NCBI GenBank assembly: GCA_021650915.1 | Contig: CP091279.1 | Location: 240,001-272,000, forward strand | Origin: Candidatus Brocadia sp. | Lineage (GTDB): Bacteria; Planctomycetota; Brocadiia; Brocadiales; Brocadiaceae | DNA: 32,000 bases | Direction: 5' to 3' | Shown here: piece after piece, positions 1 to 8,904 of the stretch | How the letters are laid out: the number at the start of each line of letters is the position of its first letter | How positions within the stretch are numbered: position 1 is the stretch's first letter | Translations under genes and position numbers: made by a program | The notes under the pieces: model-generated | The model's database searches: none | The model's input: the letters and a program-made list of their open reading frames with translations, nothing else | What the model was told of the DNA's origin: nothing

Positions 1-1361
<1,361 letters not shown>

Positions 1362-1363
1362 CT

Positions 1364-1768
1364 ATGGCAAAAACATTCAAACTCGAGATTATTACCCCTG
1401 AAAAAGTTGTCTATTCTGATACGGTTCAAAGCATTTCTGCCGAAGGGACAGAGGGCTCCTTTGGTGTCCTTGCAGACCATGCGCCCCTGATTACCGAACT
1501 GCAAACGAGTATCTTTACCGTTCAAGATACCAGTAACAAAACGATACGGTTTGCATTGGATCGTGGTTTTTTAGAAGTTATGGCAAACAACGTTGTCGTC
1601 CTGACCGATGCATGTGTAAAGGAAGGCGAAGTAAATGTTGAAAAGATACGCACGGAAAAGGACGCTGCTGAAAAGAGTTTGTCCGGTGCAGTTGCTGTCG
1701 AAGAGAAAGAAAAGGCTCAGGCTATAATCAGACGGGCAAACATCTGGCTAAAGTTGGCGAATAAATAA
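1364..1768 (+). CDS. atpC: F0F1 ATP synthase subunit epsilon
   Basis: 134 aa, immediately downstream of atpD. The N-terminal beta-sandwich pattern (LEIITPEKVVYSD...) and a C-terminal helical tail are typical of AtpC. Confidence 0.93.
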   Translation: MAKTFKLEIITPEKVVYSDTVQSISAEGTEGSFGVLADHAPLITELQTSIFTVQDTSNKTIRFALDRGFLEVMANNVVVLTDACVKEGEVNVEKIRTEKDAAEKSLSGAVAVEEKEKAQAIIRRANIWLKLANK

Positions 1769-1787
1769 GGCGTTGCTACGAAATCCT

Positions 1788-1838
1788 AAATCCCCTTGAT
1801 TTTCCGCTGATTACAGGGAAAGGCAAGGGGATTTTTAT
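1788..1838 (+). terminator. Rho-independent terminator of the atp operon
   Basis: The stem AAATCCCCTTG (1788-1798) pairs with CAAGGGGATTT (1824-1834). It runs into a T-rich stretch (ATTTTTATC) 20 nt after the atpC stop. Confidence 0.7.
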
Positions 1839-2089
1839 CAGGCAGGGAATGTTTGCGTCAAGGGGGGCCGCCCCGCCGAGCGGGCGCAAACGTACAATTA
1901 CGCGCGCCGTAATTGTCATTGTCCCTTCATTTGGTGCAACATTGGTATAAAAAAAGATAGAACGAACGGTTTCCCTTTTGGTATAATAACCATAATCTCG
2001 TTCCCTCCTTAAAAAGGGTGCGGGGATTGTAAAAATCCGAAATTCAACTATCGAAATTTCTTCTTGATAGATTCAGGGATTCGAAACCG

Positions 2090-2629
2090 ATGCAAATAAG
2101 TATACGATACAATTATCAGGACTATCTGCAGCTTCCAGAGGACAAGCGATACGAGATTATCGAGGGAGACCTCTTTATGGTGCCTTCCCCGGATGAAAGT
2201 CATCAGCGTATTTTAGCTAACATATTTCATGCTCTTTCTCATCATGTCAGACAAAATAAACTTGGGAGTGTTTATTTTGCGCCTTTTGATGTGCTCTTTT
2301 CAGAAGAAGATATAGTATAACCCGACATAATTTTTATTTCCCGTGAAAACAAAAGAATTATTACCAGGGATAATATTAAAGGTGCGCCTGATCTTATTGT
2401 TGAGGTATTCTCACCTTCTACCTTTAAACGGGATATAGGAATCAAAAAGAAATTGTACGCAAGACATGGTGTGCGGGAGTATTGGATTATTGATCCTGAG
2501 CATGAAACGGTTGACGTGTTTCTGCTGAAGGACAAGGAATTTGACGGTAAGCGGTATTGCTTAAAAGACACCATTCGTTCATCTGTGATTCAGGATTTGC
2601 GTATCGAAGGAAAAGAAATATTCCAATAA
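2090..2629 (+). pseudogene. Uma2-family (DUF820) endonuclease gene interrupted by an in-frame TAA
   Basis: The 76-aa ORF (MQISIRYNYQDYLQLPEDKRYEIIEGDL...) ends at TAA 2318-2320. The same frame continues PDIIFISRENK...GAPDLIVEVFSPST...KKKLYARHGVREYWIIDPE to a stop at 2627-2629. The two halves together make one Uma2-like protein of about 179 codons. Confidence 0.8.
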
Positions 2630-2649
2630 TAATTTATCGTAACACGTAA

Positions 2650-2737
2650 GTTTTTGAGAAATTCCAACAAAGCAGGGTATGACATGCAGCGTAGGGGGCA
2701 GGTTTCAAACCTGCCCCTACAAGATAATATTAATTAT
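2650..2737 (+). repeat. Hairpin-centred repeat element, copy A
   Basis: The central near-perfect palindrome GTAGGGGGCAGGTTTCAAACCTGCCCCTAC lies at 2691-2720. The left arm TTTTTGAGAAATTCCAACAAAG and right arm AAGATAATATTAATTAT match the reverse complement of 12251-12357 (copy B). Weaker similarity may extend to about 2768. Confidence 0.6.
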
Positions 2738-2793
2738 GCTTGAATACATTTTTGCGTTTTTTCATCCTTGTGGCAGAAAGGTTTGATGCGCCT

Positions 2794-3825
2794 ATGGCAA
2801 TTCTTATTACAGGCGGTGCGGGATTTATCGGCAGCCACTTTGCCCGACGAATGATTCATCAGGGTAAGCGAACGGTGGTGCTGGATAAATTGACCTATGC
2901 CGGAAACCTCGAAAATTTGAAGGATGTTGTTGATAACTCAAAGACGTCACAGCTGTTTAAATTTTACAAAGGTGATATTTGCAATCAGGAGCTGGTAGAA
3001 CATATCTTCTCAGAGGAAGATATTGACACCCTTGTCAACTTTGCTGCAGAATCACACGTTGACCGCAGTATTAGCAGTGCAGGCAACTTCATTGATACTG
3101 ATATGAAAGGTGTTTTTGTCCTGCTGGAAGCAGCGAGGCGTTTTAGTATAAAAAAGTTCATCCAGATATCGACCGATGAGGTTTATGGAACGACTCATAA
3201 AGATGCGTTTCGTGAAACGGATGCCTTGAATCCCAGTAATCCTTATGCTGCAAGTAAGGCAGGGGGGGATCGGCTTGCGTATGCCTACTGGGTGACGTAT
3301 GAGTTGCCAGTGATCATTACCAGGGCATCCAACAACTATGGACCTAACCAGCATCCGGAGAAATTTATCCCGCTTTTTATCACCAATGCCTTAGAGGATA
3401 AAGTGCTTCCCTTGTATGGTGACGGACGGCAGGTAAGGGATTGGATTCATGTTGAAGACCATTGTGCGGCTATTGATTTTATTATGGATCACGGAAAGGA
3501 CGGAGAGGTATATAATATTGGCGGGGGAAATGAACGGTATAATGTCGATACAGCGCATTTTATTTTGGATGAACTCAGGAAATCTCACTCACTGCTGGAA
3601 CATGTGAAAGACAGGGCGGGGCACGACAGGCGTTACGCCCTTGATTGTAGTAAGCTAAAGTCTTTAGGGTGGAAAGCACAGATAAAATTTGAAAATGGCC
3701 TGAAGGATACGATACAATGGTATGAAGATAACCAGTCGTGGTGGAAACGGATAAAAAACGGCGAGTTCGTGGAATATTACAACAAACAATATAAACATCG
3801 CTTTGCAGGTACCGTTTTACCATAG
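2794..3825 (+). CDS. rfbB: dTDP-glucose 4,6-dehydratase
   Basis: It has the Rossmann motif ILITGGAGFIGSHF, the catalytic YAASK motif and STDEVYG, and its length and C-terminal pattern are typical of RmlB. I prefer the ATG at 2794 (GAAAGG lies upstream) to the TTG at 2740 in the ORF track, because the MAILITGGAGFIG N-terminus is the canonical one. Confidence 0.92.
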   Translation: MAILITGGAGFIGSHFARRMIHQGKRTVVLDKLTYAGNLENLKDVVDNSKTSQLFKFYKGDICNQELVEHIFSEEDIDTLVNFAAESHVDRSISSAGNFIDTDMKGVFVLLEAARRFSIKKFIQISTDEVYGTTHKDAFRETDALNPSNPYAASKAGGDRLAYAYWVTYELPVIITRASNNYGPNQHPEKFIPLFITNALEDKVLPLYGDGRQVRDWIHVEDHCAAIDFIMDHGKDGEVYNIGGGNERYNVDTAHFILDELRKSHSLLEHVKDRAGHDRRYALDCSKLKSLGWKAQIKFENGLKDTIQWYEDNQSWWKRIKNGEFVEYYNKQYKHRFAGTVLP

Positions 3826-3863
3826 AACCGCAAAATGTATCTTTCTTAAGAAAGGAATATGAT

Positions 3864-4316
3864 ATGTTGCGTACGATAAGTGTTCAGGATACACGTTGGG
3901 TTGCAAAATTGCAGGAAGAGGCAAGGCAATTGCTGACATCTCTTGGTGAGACTATATCATCACACAAATCTTTTTTGCTGAAATCTGCTGTGATATTTAT
4001 GGCGGTAAAGATAGGGATTATACTCCTTGCGACGGTATCGACCGTGGTCTTTCTGCTGAATACGGCAACTCCATACCTTACGGTAGAAATGTCAAAGACG
4101 CAGGCAATGCTCTTTGCATTTCCTCTCACCTTGATTATGATGTTCAAGGTCTATTTTATCGGTAAGATATTGATGACTCACGATACATCTAAACGTGTTA
4201 TTCAATCGGTTGTTCACGGAATTTTATTGAAGGGTAAGCAAGGTGTGCGCAGGATAGGGGAAACGGTTCCAGCAGGTTTATCACCGTTTTCCTTGAGCAG
4301 GGTTAGGGATCGTTAA
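3864..4316 (+). CDS. Hypothetical membrane protein (2 predicted TM helices)
   Basis: 150-aa ORF with two hydrophobic stretches (AVIFMAVKIGIILLATVSTVVFLL; AMLFAFPLTLIMMFKVYFIGKIL). I recognise no family. Confidence 0.5.
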   Translation: MLRTISVQDTRWVAKLQEEARQLLTSLGETISSHKSFLLKSAVIFMAVKIGIILLATVSTVVFLLNTATPYLTVEMSKTQAMLFAFPLTLIMMFKVYFIGKILMTHDTSKRVIQSVVHGILLKGKQGVRRIGETVPAGLSPFSLSRVRDR

Positions 4317-4396
4317 ATCGGGGATTAATAATTTCTGTTTAGATATGTCCATTCGTGTCGTGTTTTGACGAATCAATTGATGATAAAAGGCAATAC

Positions 4397-5188
4397 CTAT
4401 TTCTTGCCTGTTTGCCTTTCAATGGCCTCGGCCTGCCGTAGATAGAGCGGCAGTAATTTTTCTATCTCACATCGGCGTCCTGATTCATACATCTTTTCTC
4501 CTAAGAGGGCCACAAGCTCAACCTTCGGGATTGCCCATTCCTCTTTACCGATAAAGATGCCTTTGGCTTGAAATACCTCCTTATAAGGTAAGACACCGTT
4601 TCCAAAAATAATTATGGGTCGTGGGAGTATTGGCACAAGATCCTCTGGTTGGATTACCATAAACTCCGTCTCTCTTTTCCACTGAATACCTGTTAATCCC
4701 TGTTCAAGACTTACCGGTGCAAAGGTATAGATACATGCGTAAACATGATTTCGCCTTGCATCAAGAATAGGGCAGAGTGAGAATTCCTCCCTATGAACAG
4801 CATTAAAAAACATTTTCCTGTCTCCCATACTTTCTGCTGATGAAGAGGGATTTCGTGAAACTGTTTTGCATAAATCCCTTTGATAATTCTCTGCGATGAT
4901 GTCGAATACCGGTACATCAATAACCGGTATTTGTAAAGCGTAGGCCAGCGTCTTTGCGCAAGTCACGCCCACTCGTAGTCCGGTATACGAGCCCGGTCCC
5001 ACATCCACGGCGATAAGGTCGATATCTTCCGGTGACCAGCCAGTTTCGTGAAAGGCGCTCTTGATGGCAGGTACCAGCTCCTTACCATGTTGCATGCTTC
5101 CAAATTCCTTGGAAAGGATAATCCGGAAGTCTTTGCTAAGGACGACACCGCCTGTATCCCCTGATGTTTCTATGCCGAGTACTCTCAT
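4397..5188 (-). CDS. tsaB: tRNA t6A37 threonylcarbamoyl-transfer protein TsaB (YeaZ family)
   Basis: It has MRVLGIETSGDTGGVVL and IAVDVGPGSYTGLRVGVTCAKTLAYAL, plus ILDARRNHVY. It is about 30 aa longer than E. coli TsaB because of an insertion before the ILDARR segment. Confidence 0.88.
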   Translation of the reverse strand: MRVLGIETSGDTGGVVLSKDFRIILSKEFGSMQHGKELVPAIKSAFHETGWSPEDIDLIAVDVGPGSYTGLRVGVTCAKTLAYALQIPVIDVPVFDIIAENYQRDLCKTVSRNPSSSAESMGDRKMFFNAVHREEFSLCPILDARRNHVYACIYTFAPVSLEQGLTGIQWKRETEFMVIQPEDLVPILPRPIIIFGNGVLPYKEVFQAKGIFIGKEEWAIPKVELVALLGEKMYESGRRCEIEKLLPLYLRQAEAIERQTGKK

Positions 5189-5267
5189 AGTTTTTCTTTC
5201 ATTGCTTTTGGTTCAGTTGCGCATTTCCCATTGGATGATCCGTTGGGCACGAGGACAATCTTTCCTG

Positions 5268-5663
5268 TTACGCTGTGACGTAGTTCAGCACGAGGCTGAT
5301 AGCCTCGGCGGCGTCCACCCCGGATGGCACCGGAACCAGTTCACGTTGCGGCAGACAGACGAACTCCGCGTACGCACCGCTGATCGGCAGCGCGGCAACG
5401 ATCTGGCCTGGTTCGATTCCAGAGATACCGTCGCCGAGCCAGTCCACCATGCCAATCAGATCCCATCCCGGCGTGAACTGCAGTGGGCGCGTTTCGGGAT
5501 GAACGCCCTCGTGTATCAGTAGGCCGGAGAGGGAGACACCTGCGGCTAGCACTCGCCCCCGCACTTCACCATTCTTCGGCTCGGGGCACTCTTCTTCACC
5601 CATCCGAAGTGCGTCGGACCCGACGTAGTGAGTGATGATGGTGCACGTGTGTCTCATGGACAT
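5268..5663 (-). pseudogene. N-terminal fragment of a zinc-type (MDR) alcohol dehydrogenase/quinone oxidoreductase
   Basis: Only the GroES-like N-terminal part is present (GEVRGRVLAAGVSLSGLLIHEGV...FTPGWDLIGMV...GAYAEFVCLPQRELVPVPSGVDAAEAISLVLNYVTA*). The frame stops where homologues continue YQ..., there is no Rossmann domain, and the segment is clearly GC-richer than its flanks. Confidence 0.75.
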
Positions 5664-5665
5664 CT

Positions 5666-7739
5666 TAGCTGGTAGGAAGGAGGCGAATCGCCTCCAACCC
5701 CCAATCGTCGCCAGATACTTTGGACAACGTGACAAAGTATCCTTTTAAACCATACGGCTTTCCCGTAGTTAGCGACCCCATAGTGTTGCTCTGGAGCAGA
5801 GAAAAGTAAACTATCATGCCTTTGCACGTGCCTTAAGAAATTCTCTTTCAAATGAGAGTAACCCCATCTTAAAGAATCGGTGTACCGGGAAACGTTTGTT
5901 GTCAGTTTTCCATTTTCTCGAAAACTTGAAACTTCTCAGTCTCATGCGTACCCAGCAGTCTAACGAGCGATATACCGTTTGTACATTGCCCAGCCGAAAA
6001 TAGTTGACATGTCCCCTTATGACAGGATTTAATGTATCAATGACGGCTTGCAGATTGACGCCTTGTGTGCGTTTGGTGATGTCTCTGACGGCGTCCTTGA
6101 GTTTGTCCAGGGATTTCATGCTTACACCCTTGTTCTTGCCCATGAAATTATATCCGAGAAACCGGAAACCTCGTTTGAAGTTGGTGAGCCTGGTTTTATC
6201 CTCGCTCAGCTTCATTTCAAGTTTCCCTTCAATGATTTCTTTGACGTACTGAAGGGCGGCAGGGAGTTCTTCTTTTGTTTTAGTCATGACAACGAAGTCA
6301 TCGGCATAGCGGACAAATTTATATCCTGCCTTTTCAAGCTCCTTGTCGATGATGTCACCGATAAGGTTTGCAAGCAAGGGAGATATGACGCCTCCTTGCG
6401 GAGTGCCTTGATTTGTCTCGTGCACGATGCCGTTCTCCATGACCCCAGCCTTGAGCATGTTCTCGATACTGTTCAAAACCCATCCGTCAGCGATTTTCTC
6501 ACGCAAGGAGTTCATGATAAGCTTGTGAGGTATGGTGTCATAGAACGCCTTTATATCGGCGTCCAAAATGTTCCGATACCCTTGCTGCTTATACTGTTCA
6601 ATCCGTTTGATAGCATCATGACAGCATCTGTTTGGACGAAATCCAAAGCTGTTATCCGAGAATTCTTTCTCGAATATTGGCTCTATGATTTGTCTGAACG
6701 CCTGCTGTACTACCCTGTCCTTGACAATGGGAATGCCAAGAGGTCTCTTGTCATGCCTGCCTTTGGGAATGTAGACCCTTAGGACGGGCGCAGGGTTGTA
6801 TATGGCGGTTTTCAGTTCCTTGTGAACAGCTTGTAGATTATTCTCAAGGTCACTTTCAAACTGCTTAATACTTACCCTGTCGAGACCAGCCTTGCCTTTA
6901 TTCTTCTTTACGTGCCCAAAAGCCGCATAAAGGTTTCTCAGACTGAATACCTTGTCTCTTAAAGAATGATACTTAAGCATCTCCCGATATGTTCCTTTTG
7001 ATTGATTCCGGATAATAGACTTGTCAATCGTGTTTCCTGAGTCGAGATTCCTCCTGACAGAGGCAAAACAAGAGAGGCTCTTGCTACTACTTGCCCATGC
7101 AAAGAGTCTCTTTTCTCATGGAACGTATTCAATCTACCACCTTCATCAACTCCACCACGGTTATGCCCCTTCATTCCTGGTACACACCAGAAACTATTAT
7201 GAGCACTGCTGACGACTTCAAAGACAGACCTGTGAGAGCCAGTCGTCCGTCACCATCTCATACAGCTTGGATTTCGGATTTCCCTTATACCTCGCTGTTA
7301 GGGAATTTCTTCCCAAGACGTAAGTCCTCCCCCGGTCATATGGATTACCCCTTTTCCCTTCGTGATGTATGTTCAAACGCATTATCCAGAGATGTTTTCA
7401 CCAGGTCTTTTTTTTGACATCTCCAACAGGGACATTGTCAGTGCTTTACTGAGAAAGGGCAGTTGGCACGAACTAACACGCCATACTCATACACCCCAAA
7501 AGGTCGTCTGTACCTCGTACTCCGTCATACCCCTCACGGGAATACGCTATCCTTCTACGCATACGGATTGCTCCTCTGTATACGCATAGGTACAAACTTC
7601 TCTACGAGGATTTAGGCTCGCAGAGGTGATATTTTCAACCACTTAGGTATCCCATACTTCAAGGCACGCCTTCTCTCACCAAGCGCTCCAGCTTGTGCGG
7701 CGTAACGCTTAAACTGTACCGTAGGCAGTCTATCTGCAC
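5666..7739 (-). mobile_element. Group II intron-like retroelement (5' boundary fairly clear, 3' boundary uncertain)
   Basis: On the minus strand it begins GTGCAGATAGACTGCC at 7739, close to the GUGYG consensus. About 760 nt of non-coding, stop-rich sequence precedes the RT/maturase ORF. Downstream of the ORF there is a hairpin with a possible bulged A (GGGGGTTGGAGGCGATTCGCCTCCTTCCTACC, A at 5673). I could not identify a canonical domain V. Confidence 0.7.
5814..6980 (-). CDS. Group II intron reverse transcriptase/maturase (no endonuclease domain)
   Basis: RT motifs are present: KRPLGIPIVKDRVVQQA, SFGFRPNRCCHDA, GTPQGGVISPLLANL and the catalytic YADDFVV. The maturase (X) motif NPVIRGHVNYF is also present. 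The protein is 388 aa and has no HNH/En tail. Confidence 0.93.
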   Translation of the reverse strand: MLKYHSLRDKVFSLRNLYAAFGHVKKNKGKAGLDRVSIKQFESDLENNLQAVHKELKTAIYNPAPVLRVYIPKGRHDKRPLGIPIVKDRVVQQAFRQIIEPIFEKEFSDNSFGFRPNRCCHDAIKRIEQYKQQGYRNILDADIKAFYDTIPHKLIMNSLREKIADGWVLNSIENMLKAGVMENGIVHETNQGTPQGGVISPLLANLIGDIIDKELEKAGYKFVRYADDFVVMTKTKEELPAALQYVKEIIEGKLEMKLSEDKTRLTNFKRGFRFLGYNFMGKNKGVSMKSLDKLKDAVRDITKRTQGVNLQAVIDTLNPVIRGHVNYFRLGNVQTVYRSLDCWVRMRLRSFKFSRKWKTDNKRFPVHRFFKMGLLSFEREFLKARAKA

Positions 7740-7867
7740 GAGTGCTTTGTTATGCCCGTTCTCTGGATTCGCGTATTGCTGCTAATATTTCCTTTCGGGC
7801 AATCCTTTTGCCCAAGTTTGGTACATCAAAGGGAGAACGTCGCGAGGGCGTCTACTGGAAGCGCTTG

Positions 7868-8824
7868 TTATGCGCTCGCTTGCTTTACGCCTGCCTTCAC
7901 GAGGGGCGCTAAGATCTTCTTGAAGTGCAATAGCTTCTCGATTTGCCACTTTCGTAGCTGCTCCAGTTCCTCCGCGGTGCTCTCGATGCTTCCGCTTCGG
8001 CTTACGTAGATTCGCGATGCGCGCTTACCGTCAAGACGTTCCCATTGCAGCGAGAAACCCAGCTGCTTCTCAATGCTGTCCTTTTGGTTCTGAAGCCAAT
8101 CAAAAAGCGCCTTGTTTGCTTCGACGGTCCCGAGGTCGATGTAAAGCTCTACTCGCGCTGTTCCATCACCGGCGAAGACGGCGCTAACCGGGACGCCCGA
8201 CGTGCCGGCAGAGAACGCATACCAGCTCTGAGGCTGTGCAATTCGTGCGCCAGTGAATTTGTGCTTTTCTCGCAGTTCGTCAATCAAGGGTTGATAGTAC
8301 TGCCTGTACGCTTCACCCTTTGTTGAGACGCGGCCGATAGTCTGGCTTCTCTTGGTCTTTTGCCATTCGTTCGGGAATACGACAGGCTTGAAGTTGTATG
8401 CGGGCTTTGAATCGTCAATCTGCAAGAGTTCCACCACGACACCAAAGAATTCTGTATCTGTGTCTGTTCTTTGATTTAGCCACTCGAGCGCTTGCCGGTG
8501 TTCCTCACGGATGGTCTCAGCAACCCAGATAACGACCGATGCTCCGAACCCAGCTGCGTAGGTCAGTAGCTTCCCAAGGTGATCGTGGTCGGTCTGCGTC
8601 AGCTGGTTTTCAATCACGACTGTTCGGCCGCTCCCAAGATCCTTGGCGAGGAGATCGAGCGAGAAGTCGCCGATGCTTGCCTCCCTTGCCTCAAGTTCCA
8701 AGTCCATGCCGAGCGCGGCGCCAAGATATTCAATGTTGTCAGCCAACCACGGAGTGAAATCACCGGCCTCCTTCGTCCATGCCTCGCGAAGATTCAACCG
8801 CTTCAGTTTGCTGAGTACTTTCAT
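7868..8824 (-). CDS. PD-(D/E)xK nuclease-like N-terminal domain with a DUF4268-like C-terminal domain
   Basis: 318 aa. The N-terminal half carries GDFSLDLLAKD...VVIENQLTQTDHDHLGKLLTYAAG, a restriction-endonuclease-like D...E-x-Q/K pattern. From memory, the C-terminal half resembles DUF4268 proteins. The gene is GC-rich. Confidence 0.65.
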   Translation of the reverse strand: MKVLSKLKRLNLREAWTKEAGDFTPWLADNIEYLGAALGMDLELEAREASIGDFSLDLLAKDLGSGRTVVIENQLTQTDHDHLGKLLTYAAGFGASVVIWVAETIREEHRQALEWLNQRTDTDTEFFGVVVELLQIDDSKPAYNFKPVVFPNEWQKTKRSQTIGRVSTKGEAYRQYYQPLIDELREKHKFTGARIAQPQSWYAFSAGTSGVPVSAVFAGDGTARVELYIDLGTVEANKALFDWLQNQKDSIEKQLGFSLQWERLDGKRASRIYVSRSGSIESTAEELEQLRKWQIEKLLHFKKILAPLVKAGVKQASA

Positions 8825-8851
8825 AGACCAGGGACCTTATTTGTCGACCAC

Positions 8852-8898
8852 GTTCCTTCTGATGCCGCGCAGCGGCGTCGGAAGGAACATTCTTTTTT
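8852..8898 (+). terminator. Terminator-like compound hairpin plus T-tract abutting the IS left end
   Basis: GTTCCTTC (8852-8859) pairs with GAAGGAAC (8881-8888). These enclose an inner stem GCCGC/GCGGC, and TCTTTTTT follows at 8891-8898. There is no plus-strand gene upstream for it to terminate. Confidence 0.4.
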
Positions 8899-8904
8899 AT
8901 CTTT

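Noticed and set aside
2740-2793. TTG-initiated 18-codon N-terminal extension of rfbB.
   Set aside because: The extension (MNTFLRFFILVAERFDAP) overlaps the repeat element and promoter region. The canonical RmlB N-terminus starts at the ATG at 2794.
5268-5735. The full 155-aa ORF as given in the track, with its start at 5735.
   Set aside because: The first 24 codons overlap the hairpin-rich 3' region of the RT element and do not resemble oxidoreductase N-termini. The homologous part begins at the MSMRHT methionines (5663/5657). In any case the gene is a truncated fragment.
6048-6782. 244-aa plus-strand ORF antisense to the RT gene.
   Set aside because: It is a shadow ORF on the opposite strand of a well-supported RT/maturase CDS, with a low-complexity product and no recognisable motifs.
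5814-6980. The RT as a retron, DGR or Abi-type reverse transcriptase.
   Set aside because: It has the group II-type motif set (GTPQGGVISPLLANL, YADD), a maturase X motif (RGHVNYF) and a GTGCA-initiated upstream RNA of about 760 nt. I saw no template/variable repeat pair and no msr/msd-like inverted repeats. Non-intron status remains open only because domain V was not found (see findings).
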